Source: Geosiphon pyriformis uo1
Lineage: Eukaryota > Fungi > Glomeromycota
Reading direction: 5' to 3'
NCBI GenBank assembly: GCA_016748015.1
Contig: JAAOMT010000570.1
Coordinates: 748,043-812,042, forward strand
Length of the DNA: 64,000 nucleotides
In this document: piece by piece, positions 1-12,396 of the stretch
Layout of the letters: each line of letters opens with the position of its first letter
How positions within the stretch are numbered: the first letter of the stretch is position 1
The notes under the pieces: model-generated
Databases searched by the model: none
What the model was told of the DNA's origin: nothing
What the model saw: the letters and a program-made list of their open reading frames with translations, nothing else
Translations under genes and position numbers: made by a program

Positions 1-339
1 TTTTAAAAAAAAGTATTGTTGTTCTAAACTAAATTGAATTTTATCTATTTTATTAAATTCTTTTGAAATTACTTTTTTTGCTTTTAATACTTTTGCTATA
101 TATACATAATTTATGTTATATAAGATTTTTTAAAATTCTTTAATTTTTTTAAAAGGAATTCTATAATTTCATAATTCCTTAAAAAAAATTCTGGAATCTT
201 GCAATTTTTCAAGAAAAATCTTGAAATTTTTTTTTTACTACACTTATTTTTAATTGGCTATTTTATCTATTATTATAATTTCTAATTTCTATAAGTAATA
301 ACAAGTTATAAGTTATCTTAGTATAAATTATTTTAGGTT

Positions 340-744
340 TGACTATATTCTTTAGTTATGTTTTTATTTAATAATCTTTAAATACTATAATTATACAAAT
401 TAGAAAAAAGTAGATAAATGCCAATAAGTAATTTTTTATTCCAAGATATTTAGAAGATAAAAAATAGAAAAAGAAAAACAAGTAATAAGAGAAAAATTAA
501 GTTAATAAATATTGTTTTATTTTTTTGACTTCTTATATATATTCTTACATATTTTTCTACAACTAAAAAACTTATTACTTATATAGCTATTAAAAGTAGT
601 TAATAATTAAATTATTAATTAGATCAATAATCAGATTAATAGTCAAATCAATAATTACTATCTAAAAACAAGATGGCTAATTATATAATATTAGTGGCTA
701 ATATATATAATAACTAATAAAAATTATGGATTTTAATTATAACA
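340..744. mobile_element. Eroded LTR-like repeat, homologous to 44813-45239
   Basis: Aligns by eye to about 44880-45239 (e.g. tttctacaactaa...acttatatagctatt, ggctaattatat...agtggctaata) and ends at the same TAACA terminus. Differences are almost all C>T/G>A. Left boundary approximate. Confidence 0.75.
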
Positions 745-2075
745 ATATAATGGCTTTAAATAATTTGTCTTAAAACACAAATCAAAGAATCTAATATATA
801 TATAAGTATTTAAGTAATAAACTTATATATAAAATAAAAATAAATATGAATAAAAATCTTTTTAAAAAATATATTATCAATTAATTTGAATATTTTTTAA
901 TAAATTTGAATTAAAACATATTTGTTAAAATTCAAATAATTTTAATCTATTTTCAAATTTTAAATATATAAAAAGTCTTAATTTATAAGCTGTAAACACA
1001 TGAATAAAAACTTTTAGTGGCTATTTTTGGTAAATAAAATTAGTAATATAAAATAAATTAAATATGAAATTAAAATACTAGAATTTATATTTATTTGGAT
1101 ATTACAAAGAATATTAGTTTATTTTAATAGTAAAACAATAACTATAGAAGTTGAAATTTGCTAAAAAGTATATAATAACTTATTTGCTAAATAAATTAGT
1201 TCTAAAAATAGATAGTATTTAAACATAATACTTATATCTTATTATTATAGTTAAAGTATAGTCATAATAAATAAGTAGATATAAAATCAAATAAAAAAAT
1301 ATAAACATAAATTCTATTTAAACAGTTCTTAGTACAAATTTTAGTAGTAATAAGAAATATTCAAATAAAAATTTTAAAGATTAAAGTAGAAAAAAACTTT
1401 ATGTAAACAGTATTTGAATATAGATTAGTTAATTCTAAGATATAAAGAAATTTTATTTTAAAGTTTGACAATTTTATATTGTATTATCAAAAAAAAAACA
1501 AATTATTTATATAATAATACAAATAAACTTAAATATATTAATAGAAGTCCTAAAAAAATTTTTTTTTTAAATCATACTTTTAGCACTTTGAAATATTAAA
1601 TTATTTAAAGCTAAAATACCAAATTAAACATAACAAAACACTTTTGTTTCATCTGATACATTCTTAATAATTTGTAAAAATCTAAGAAAAAATATTATTT
1701 TTATATTTAGTCTTATTTATAATTATAACAAGTTTTTAAAATAAATAGTTTCTAATTAATAAAACAATATAAATAAAAAAAATCAACAAAATAAATCTGT
1801 AACTTTGGGAAAAAATTGGCTTTAAAAATTAAATATATTGGGCTTTAGTTTATAGAATACAAAATAGATTACAATATTACCAACAGAAATTTAAAATATT
1901 AATTGGTATAAAATTATTTTTATAATTTTTATTATTAATTAATATATATTATTGTTTTAATTTACTATTTATTATTTTATTAAAATTACCAAATTATTAT
2001 TTAATTAATAACTTAATTTATACAAAATACAAATATAATCAAATTATATAATATACCGAATTATATAATATTTAA

Positions 2076-2190
2076 AATTTACTAAAATATTTAGTAATTT
2101 GATAAAATATATAATAATTCATCAAAATAATTTATAATTTACAGAAATAACTTGTAGTTTGACAAAATATAACTTTAGTTTACCAAAATA
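2076..2190. repeat. Degenerate ~20-bp minisatellite
   Basis: Successive units aatttactaaaatatttagt / aatttgataaaatatataat / aattcatcaaaataatttat / aatttacagaaataacttgt / agtttgacaaaatataac. Confidence 0.5.
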
Positions 2191-2521
2191 TTAGAAAAAA
2201 AAATATTAGATTATAAAATAATATTACAACAAATTGTATAAAAGAACAGTTTTTTTTTTAAAAACAATATATCTTTTTTCAGATATTTTTTTTAAAAAAC
2301 TTAGCTCACAATATCTTTTAGCAAGAACAAATAAATAATTTTAATAAATTAATAAAATTATCTTAAAAACCCAAAATTTTTAATATATTATTACTTAAAA
2401 TTAATTCTTAAAAATTAAAATTTCATATTAATTAGCTATTAATTTTAGTAACTATTAATAACTTTCAAATTTGAATTCAAAATAATTTTCTTAATATATT
2501 TTTTATTTTTTTTTTATTTTT

Positions 2522-2773
2522 TTTTATATTATTAAGTAGCTTACAGTTAAAATTTTCTGTAAAAAAGTTAACTTTACAACAAAGTAATTACATATTATTT
2601 AAAGAGCTTACAAATAAAATTTTTTTATAAAAAAGTTGACTTGTATTACAAAATAATTATATAAATAATTGGTGTAAAATTGATTATTCTATTATAAGTT
2701 TAATAACATATATAATTCAAAATATAAAGAAATATTTTAAAAGAAAAATTAACTTATTGAAAATTTATCAGCT
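2522..2773. repeat. Eroded copy of a ~250-bp dispersed repeat with an internal ~67-bp tandem duplication, inverted relative to 51241-51490
   Basis: Matches the reverse complement of 51241-51490 (aaagagcttaca...agttgact...tattctattataa...cttattg...cagct). Confidence 0.75.
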
Positions 2774-3599
2774 TTTATTAAACAGCAGAATTAATAATAA
2801 AATGATATTAACAACATAAAAAAAAGAGTAAAAAAATTTTTAGTAATAACAGCTGTCTTTTGTTTTATAGTAATTAATAAAAATAATTGGTATTATGTCT
2901 TTGTATACTTTGGTTAAATTTATTTAATTTCATAATATGTGTTGTTTCTTTTAAAAAAATAATTATTGTAATATTATATAATACTATTTTTTACTAGTAT
3001 ATACTTAATAATTAACTTAAAACTGGTATTATTTGATAAAAATTAATAAAAATTAAAAATAATAATATTATAATATATTAACCAATTATTAAATAACAGT
3101 ATAAATAGCACAAAACAATAAATAAAATTAGAAAACATAATATGTATACAATAATATACAAGATATACACAAATGTATTTAATTTAATATAATTATAAAC
3201 AAGTAAACCAAAAAACACTTATAGTTAAATAAAAGATCTAATAGTTTAATAATTATATGCTAATTAGTTAAAATAAACATAATTATATATAACTTAAAAT
3301 ATGTATATATACAATAACTTTTTAATTAAAAAAAAACAGACAAATAAAAAGTTAATTAGATAAAATAAAAAAAAAATTAAATTCTAATTTTAAAAAAAGC
3401 TAAAAAGTATGTTTTTTTAATTTTGTATTATAATATTCATTAATATTAAGATTAATATTAGAGATTTTTTTTTTATAATTCAGATCTTAATAAAGACTTT
3501 AAACTTTTATTACTACTTTTTATTAATAAAAACAACAAAATATCTAATACAATAATAAAGCATAAATAAGACTCAAACTTAACAAAATTAAAAATACAT

Positions 3600-6500
3600 T
3601 AAAAAAATATTAATTATATGTAATTATTATTACAAGTAATTATTTAGGATGTTATAATAAATAACAAACTCATAGCTTAATGCTTAATAGTTAATAATAT
3701 AATTAATAGTTTCTGAAAGTTTTGGTATCTGAAGATTTTAATTAAGTTTTTTGTATAATAAACAAAGATTTACTTAGTAGTTGTTTTTAATTTTTTTTTT
3801 AATGTAAAAACCAGTTTAATCTGACAGTTATGTTTTCTAATAAGCTATTTTTAAATTTTTATTCTTGTTTATAAGTTTTTTATTAGACTATTTTTAATGT
3901 TAATATCTTAGCTTTTTACTTTTTTTATGATTTTATCTAATTAGTAATTTGGTTGTTTTTGTGGTTGCTAATATAGACTGCTCTTTGTTTTTGTTTTTTG
4001 CTTGTGTTTTTATAACAAATTGTTTAGTAATTAATGATTATTTTCATGTTTAATTATTACTAATTTATTGTCTAAAATAATTGTTGTGCTAATATATAAA
4101 TATGATTTAAGATTTCTATTTTTTTAATTTTTTTTGTCATATATACTGATTTTTTATATGCTATTCTGATAATCTAGATTGATATATTTGCTTTAATAAT
4201 TATAATTAATTCCAAATTTTGTGAGATTTTATCTGGTTTAACTAGTATTTATTGTACTTCTAGTTATGAAATATTATTAATAAAAAATAATATTATATTG
4301 TAATATGATTTTGTTAATTATTATGTACTGCTTTGATTAAAATTTTGTTGTTCTATTTTAACTTATATGTTTTGTTTTTCAGAATTTTTTCAATGTAAAA
4401 TAAATTATTTTATTTGGGATTAAATTTTTTACTTTATTGTTTTTTTGCTTTGATATAATATAAAATACTTTGTTTTTAATCTTAAATTTTATTGTTTTGT
4501 TTGATAATTGGTTGTCATATTTTTTTTTTATATTTCTGTAATTTTTGAATGTTATTAGCTGTTTTTCTTCTTTTATTTTTTAATGTTTTTATTAAGTAAT
4601 AAGTTTTTTATAATAATGTCTTTTGAATATTAACTTCTGTTATTGATTTTGTTAAATATGTGTAAATATCTATTTTTATTAATAGTATTATTATTTTATT
4701 ATATACTAATTTAAATAATATTATTTGTATTATATCTTGTTTTATTGTCTAATAAACAAATAGTACTGATAGTATAAACAAATCTTATTTGTCTTAGTTT
4801 TTTTGGCTGATTTTGATTATTGTTTCATACAATATTCTATTGAACTTTTTGACTAAGTTATTGGTTTATAAATAATATAAAAATGATAATGGTTTTTTAA
4901 TTTCAAATTTTTAACTTAATTTTGTTAATATTTTGTTTACAAAGTGAGTTTTTTGGTCTAACAACAATTTTTTTGAACATTTGTGTTGACAAATCAAATT
5001 TTGGTATACAAATTTGGCTATAAATTTTGTATTTGCTTTTTGAATATTTTTAACTTCTGGCTATTTTGTAAGATAGTTTATAATAACTGCTATATATTGG
5101 TTGTTTTTGCTAATTATTGTCAATAATTTGACTAAATCAATTTCAATTTAATCAAATGATTGTTTTATTTTGATTGGTTTTAGTGGTTCATAAGATTTTG
5201 TTTTTTCTCTTCTCTAATAAGTATTATAATTTTAAACATATTAGATAATATTTGAATATATTAATAGCCAATAATATTTTTTTCTGGTTTTTTTATAGTG
5301 GCTTTTTTATGAAAGTGTTTTGCTGTTAGATTTAAATACATATTAAACAGTATTGTTTCTTTTTCTGGTTTTATAATAACTCTAAGTAGTTGGTTTGATT
5401 TTTTTTTGTTTTTTCAATATAGTATATTTTAATAAATAATAAAGTATTTTAATTGTTGTTGTATGTTATTTTGTTCTTTTTAAGATAATTTTTTCTTGAA
5501 CTGTTGGATATTAATATAATATTAGAGTTGTTAATATTTTTGTATATTCATTTTTTGACTTATTTTTCTAGTTGAAAATGTTTTATATGTGTTTTATGTA
5601 TAACAAACTATTAATTTTTTTTTTTTTTTATAGTATATTGTATATTAAAATAGTAATAGTTCTATTTTTTATTTTGTATATTAATTGTCTTCAAATTTTT
5701 GTTTTTGGATTAATGTTAATTTTTTGTAATTAGTATATATATCAAATTTTTAACTTAAGTATTTTTTTTATTTAATAATAGTCCAATAAATAGCCAAATG
5801 TTTTAATATTAGAGTTTTATTGTTCTTTTCAATTAAACTCAAATTTTGGCTAGCATATATTACTGAATGTTTTCATTTATCTGATTTTTTTTGTAATAGT
5901 ATAGTTTTCAATATTTGACTAAATATATATGTAGTAATAATAAATAGTTTACTATAGTTTGAATAGATTAATATTAAAGCTTAAATAAGCTTTCTTTATA
6001 ATATATTAAAAGTTTTTTGTTGTTTTTTCATCCATTTATATTTGGTGTTTTTGGCTTGAAACTAGTAAAGTAATTAAGCCAACTTAAAAAAGTTGTGAAT
6101 AAAACATTAATAATATTTGGCAAATTCCAGAAATAATTAGAGTTTAATAAAATTAATTAGTACTGAAAAGTTTTTGACTATTTCAATTTTATCTGGATCT
6201 GTTTTAAAACTATTTTTGTTAATAACATATTCCAAAAACTTGAGTTTTGTTTTTCCAAAAAAGCATTTAGTAGCATTTAATTTTAATTCTGTTTGTCTTA
6301 ATTTTTCAAATACTTGTTAAAGATAATAGAAATAATTATCAAATATTTTGGAAAATACATTAATATTATTTAAATATACTAATACTGATTTTCATAGTAA
6401 TTTAGTGTAAACAATTTTCATTAACTATTAAAAAATAGCTGAAGTATTAATTAAACCAAAAAGCATAATATTGAATTTAAAGTTTTTTTTTTGATAGTAA

Positions 6501-8480
6501 ATACCATTTTTTTTATCTGTTAGATTTATAGTTACTTGTCAATAATTACTGTTTAAGTCTAATATGAAGAATTAATTTTTTCACCAAAAGCATCAAATAA
6601 TTTTTAAATTTGTGAAGTTAGATAGTTGTTTCCACAAGTAATACTGTTAAATTTTTTGTAATCTATACAAAAATAAATCTTTTTATTCTTTTTTCTAATT
6701 AAGACAACTAGTAATAATCATAGACTTATTAATAGTTGAATTAATTTATTGTTTAACATACAATTAATATTCTAATAAATAATTTTATAACTAGTAAATA
6801 GTACTCAATATGCTCTCTGCTTAATTGATATTGTATTTTCTATTTTAATTTAATGTTAAATAATATTAGTTCTCTCAAATTTATTTTTACTTGCAAAAAT
6901 ATTAGTAAAATTTTTGAATAACAGCTTAATTTAAATTTTTCAAATTTATTTGCTTTAATTGTTCTGTTTATAGTAAATAATATTTTTTTATTCATAAATA
7001 ATCTGTAATATTAGATCCATATATTTACACAGTTATAAAAAGTTTGAAACAATAATGAATGCTAAATCTTTGACTTCAGTATTTAAATGTTTAATAATAG
7101 TTCTAATTGGTGTTTTTATTGGGTTTTTAATTGTATTGTAAATTGGAATCCAAATATGGAAGTTGATTTGGGTCTTGATATTAGAATTAATAAGTTGCTA
7201 TTATTAATAATAGCCAAATTATAGGCTATTGCTTTTATTTTGAAATGTGTACTGTTTTCTTATATTGTAATTGTGTATTTGAACAGTCAGACAGCCATAA
7301 ATACATGTATCTTAGAATTAAGTATGTTAGATCCTGATTTTTAAAACTATTGCTAAATAAAAAAGAAACACATTGCAAATTTAGTTAGTAACAAAAATTT
7401 TTTGGTGGTTTGGTTAGAAATTAAAAAACATTTAGGCATTTTGAATAATATATGTGCAGATGCTTTGACAAATAAAGCTGATTATTCTTCTTTGTTGTTG
7501 TTCAATAATGTAAGTAAACACTTTGTTATAGCCAATAATTTGTTAATATTTGGTAATATTTGTTATTTTGTCTAAGACATATATAAATTGATAAATTATG
7601 TCTATTAAAAGCTTAGACCTGATTCTAGAATATTAAATGTTTCTTTATTTTACAAAATGGATTAAATTTGGACTGTTACAGTTTGATATTTGGATTCACA
7701 TATACTATTGGGTTTAATAAATAGAGCTTTAATTGGTTTATATATGTATTTTATAAAAGTTGTTTATAAAAGGCTGTTTATTATCATCAAAAAAAACTTT
7801 ATGACAAAAGATATTCAGATGTTCTGTATTTATAATATAAAAAAGTTGAGTTCTTTAAATATGTATTTATTTGTTTCAAAGAGTCTGATTTCTGTAAGAT
7901 AATTTTGATTGATAAGATCTTGATTTGAAGGTCTTTGGTTAGATCTTATATTCTATTGCTTTTTGTAATTATGGAGTCTCTTTTTTCTTGTTTGTTTAAT
8001 GTTGGTCTGTATATGCTCCTTTGTAAAAGCTTTATATTTATGAATTGATATAATAAGACTATGCAGATATTTAAAAATTATAAGAAAGTTGTCTAGATTT
8101 TGGTTGATTTTATGTATGGTTTAAGTAAATAATATCATTTTAATTTGTAGAAATTTAAATTCAAATACAGAATAAATATAAGAAAAAGTGGTTTAATCAG
8201 TAATTTTGGAGTGATACTAATTGTGTCTTGTAATTTAATATTAAGTTTGTTTGATAGAATGGTTTATTTGCTTGATATTAACAAGTTTTTTGAAGTTAAT
8301 TTTGATTTTTGTAAATTTTGCTTGTTTTTTCTGGTCTAAATGATGAATTAAGAGTTTATATAAGAATTTAATATTACTTTAATTAGCTTGAATAACTGAT
8401 TACATATAGTAAGAATGTGAATTACATCTAGTTGAAATCTCTAATTTTGACTCTATATATTAAATAGTGATTGAACTATA
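3600..8480 (-). mobile_element. Heavily decayed Ty3/gypsy LTR retrotransposon pol (RT then integrase)
   Basis: Minus-strand translation gives RT motifs VVLIRKKNKKIYFCIDYKKFNSIT, ILDLNSNY*QV, NIMLFGLINTSAIF and catalytic YLNN (decayed YLDD, 6365-6376). Integrase-like sequence IDLVKLL...NYLTK*PE, LLDQKTHFVN and TNNLVKKFNRIL lies at about 4830-5145. RT-before-INT order indicates gypsy. Outer boundaries approximate; LTRs not resolved. Confidence 0.8.
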
Positions 8481-9488
8481 TTCATAAATATAAATAAAAA
8501 ATAAAAAATAAAAAAATAAATAACAAAGAAAATAATTATTAAAACAAAAAAACAAATTAAATTAACAAAAATTAATTAGTTTTAAATTACAATTGTAATT
8601 TTTTCAAAAAAAAGTTATAATAATTAATAAAATAATATTATTGCTATTATTTTATGTTTTATTTGGTAATTTTAAAAATTAATTTTAATAATACAAATTA
8701 ATTTAAAAGCCAGCAAATAATATAAATAATATTTTAAAAAAACAAGTAATATAAAAAATTAAAAATTAAATTTTAATTGTTTAATATTTTTTTAGTTAAA
8801 AAAAACACTATTTATATATTTATTAACAATTAAATTAATAAATAATTAAATTAATATTAGATTAATAATTTTATTTTAAAATATTTTATTTTATTATTGG
8901 ATTAATATATATAATAATTAATAAAAACTATAACTTTTAACTTTAATAATATAAAATTAATATATATTTTTTAAAAACAAATTTAACTTAAAATTTATTA
9001 ACATTTATTAATAAACTTAATATATAATAAAATTAGGTTTTTTATTATAAAAAACAAACTTTAATTTTTTTAAATTAATTTTGGCTAAAATAATATTTTT
9101 GTAATATATTATACCAAAAAATAAAAAAGTTAATAATAAAATTTTTGATTAAAATTTAATTTTGTAAAACATACAATATAATAAAATTAAAAATAGCAAA
9201 AAAATTTTTAAAATTTGGGTCAAAATATAAACTTAAAATGAAAAATATTAAATAAATAAAACAAGTAAATTATTTAAAATACTTAATTTTAAGTAGTTTT
9301 AACATGTAAAAAACAAATAATATATATCTATTATAATGTATATATTATGTAATATAAATTGTAAAAATTTCAAATTTTAATTAACAGTAATGTTTATAAT
9401 TTAAAATTCATAAAAAAAATTTATATTAAAAATAATTATAAGTAGTTGTGTGTTAATTAAATTGATTTTGTTATATAAAAAGTTTAAA

Positions 9489-9508
9489 TCAGGATTAAAT
9501 CCCGATTT
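9489..9508. promoter_or_regulatory. Candidate quasi-palindromic cis element TCAGGAWTAAATCCCGATTT (copy 1)
   Basis: 19/20 identical to 25536-25555. Sits at the desert/gene-island edge about 250 bp upstream of the SR gene ATG. Confidence 0.35.
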
Positions 9509-9761
9509 ACTAAGAATTTGCTATCGATCAATTATCACTCTGCTATTATCATGACATCATTGTCTGAATCCAAGTAAGTGGTGTTGCGCCAACAAATAGA
9601 AAAGGGAAGCCGCTTGCCCAAACCTATTTTTTAAATACTTTAACTATTACTTCATCGAATTGTATAGTATTGTTGTCTGCTGTTTGAAGGGTGTCTGTTA
9701 CCTGAAGGAACTCCAAGTTCAATTCATTTTAACTCTTACTCTCTCTTTAGAGTCGACAAAA

Positions 9762-10848
9762 ATGAGTGGCTATCGTAGAACTACGTTGTTTGTAGCAGGT
9801 TTCGGAACCACCCTACGAGCTCGTGACTTGGCCTACGAATTTGAAAGGTAAACGGCTCGTCCATATTTATTAAAAAAATCAAGCTCTGAATTTTTGAGGG
9901 GCAAAAAAAACAAATATTTATAGCTTCATCCTTAAGTTGCTTACAAACTTGAATCTAAACTTTATCTTTTTATTTGTTATGCTACAGGTATGGGCGCTTG
10001 ATTCGGTGTGATATTCCAGCTCCTAGAAGTTATCAATCAAAACCGTACGTAAACTTTATGAAGTATCGATGTAAAAGAAATGAAGTTAGCGAAACGAATT
10101 TTCAGAAAATCCCAATAAACTTGCTCTGTATTGTTAATAGCTATGCCTTTGTTGAATTTGAGGATGAACGGGATGCTGAAGATGCTTATTATGAGATGCA
10201 TGGCCGTCGAATCTATGGTCATGCTTTGAACATTCAGGTAATTATCCGGAACTGTGCGATCACTTTTTCAGCTTTCATTAGCCGAATTTTTATTGATATA
10301 CTTCTTAATTGTATAAGTGGGCCAAAAATGCCCCCTCTAGATCTTGGCGCTATGAAGGGAGCCGAGGATCACCTCGTCGTCGTCGCTCCCCAACTCCACG
10401 TTCTTCTCATCGTAGACGAAGATCCTATTCTCGTTCACCAACCCATAGCCGTTCACGTTCTCGTGGACGCAGCCGTTCACCTCGACGTGGAGCCAGTCGT
10501 TCTCGTACCAGATCTCCTGATAGAGATCGCACTAATGGTGATGAGCGTGGTGCTGAAGAAAGAAGGTCTGGATCCCGTTCTCCTGCTAGAGATGATGTTA
10601 AACGTCATGACTCTCGTTCCTCATCTCCTCATCCTCGTGATGAAACCAGAGATGGAGACAGATCTCCTATGGATAGAGATACATCTCCTCATGCCCGATC
10701 CCCAAGAGAAAGATCTCCTAGAAACCGAAGTCCTAGACATAGGAGTCCCAGAGCTCGATCGGTGACACCTAATGGTCATGAGGGCAACCGCTCCCAGTCA
10801 GGAACACCGCCTCCTCGTTCTACATCTAGGACCCCTCCTCGGGATTGA
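9762..10848 (+). CDS. SR-type pre-mRNA splicing factor (single RRM + RS domain), Srp1-like; 4 exons
   Basis: Spliced [14 protein letters not shown]...[11 protein letters not shown]|[12 protein letters not shown]...|[21 protein letters not shown] (RNP1)...|[11 protein letters not shown] followed by an Arg/Ser/Pro-rich tail; GT-AG introns. Confidence 0.9.
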
Positions 10849-12396
10849 TCCAATTTATGATGAAATAATACACCTACAAGAACCTCAAGTACACTGGAAA
10901 TGGCAAATATCCTGTTTTTTATACAACTTTCTTTGCCTTGTAAATTTACTGAAATTATCCATCAAATTTCCTTATAGCACGTGAGTTACAGATGAGTTGT
11001 TTAGATCACATTTTTACTTGGTTACCCTATTTTTCTTTTTTCTTCTTTTACCTTTGTGGTTGGTCATTATTTTGCGTACTATGAAAAAAAGAGGTTTTGC
11101 TGCGATGCTTTAGTATGTCAAAGTGAATCTTCTTTGGTATAATTTTTCAAACTAAAAGTGAGCGGTCGATCGGTCGGTTCGGAACGGTCGGTCGGCAGTT
11201 TGCTTTCACACGGGGTATTTCCACATTTATAAAAGAACCTCATGTAAACGAGAATTAGACCTTCCATCTACTCCAAATTAATCACGGGTATCCATGCGAT
11301 TCGAAGTCTTTGGAACGCTCTGTACACGTGCATTCGAGTTCATCACTACCCTTCCTTCACACAAATCGCAAACGACCACCCGTTCCCATCAAGTGTATTA
11401 GATAATAAAAGTATTTTTCCTATATTTTAGTTTCTAATATTAATCATTGCCTTCTAACGAATGCTACCTTCCTCCCGACGAGAGACATCTTCTCCCCTAC
11501 GTATTATCCACGTGTATCGCCTTTCGGTCGCGTGAATCAATCAGCAACTATTCCTTTTGCTCAGTCCGACTACACTTTAAACTCGGTCATTAACATCTTC
11601 GCTCTTTTGCGTACCAAACCGCCACCCTACTACCTCCCACAAACTCAAAAATTTGCCTTTAAATTGTCCACGCGATATCCTACGTTGAACGTTGCAAAAA
11701 CGCTTTTCTTCTTTAAAGCTCCTCAGCGTATGGTAATATGTTGTATATAAATATATACTTGATGGAAACTTCTTTTTTAAACAGGAATTTTTTGCGATTC
11801 CTCGAAAAATCCGTATCCTTCGAAATTGAGCGACATATATTGATTACCAAACAAACATCAAATAACCAATTTCCTCACTTATGTGAGCTCCGGCCGCGGA
11901 GATAAAAGTCTTCGCGGATTTCCTTGATTTTATATTCGGCAACTTTGCAATTTACGCACGTTTTTTTGGACTCTCCTTTGTCGCAAGAACCGCTTTGCAA
12001 AGGTAAGATAAACTGGAAAAATTTAATCATTATTTTCAGGATAACAGAAATGATTAATAGTCGAGACAAAGACATGCATGATCACTTGGTCGATTCCATT
12101 TCTTTATGGCTATGCATCATTAAGCAAGGCTTTTATTCCCATCCTTTCGGAAGCTCTGGCTCGAAAATAAAGTCTAAAAGAAAACCTATTGAAAACTTTT
12201 CATCTCAATTCTGTTCCAAGACCATAGTCTTTTCCTTATTTGTGCATAATTGGTGTATCGACATTGTTTCAAATGTTATGGAAAACTATTTTGTGCAAAT
12301 TCAGGCTAAATATTCTAAATGAATCTCCTATAAATTACTTTTTATTTCCAGTGATAATAAAGAAACCACATTTTTGAGAATATTTTGGGCTCAAAA

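Noticed and set aside
7690-7902. 70-aa ORF on the plus strand
   Set aside because: Chance ORF antisense to the gypsy relic.
9974-10765. 263-aa ORF as an independent protein
   Set aside because: Read-through of SR gene introns into an alternative frame of the RS exon.
11150-11760. Telomerase RNA, RNase MRP or a snoRNA
   Set aside because: No template (CTAACCCTAA), conserved MRP/P motifs or paired C/D boxes could be identified by eye.
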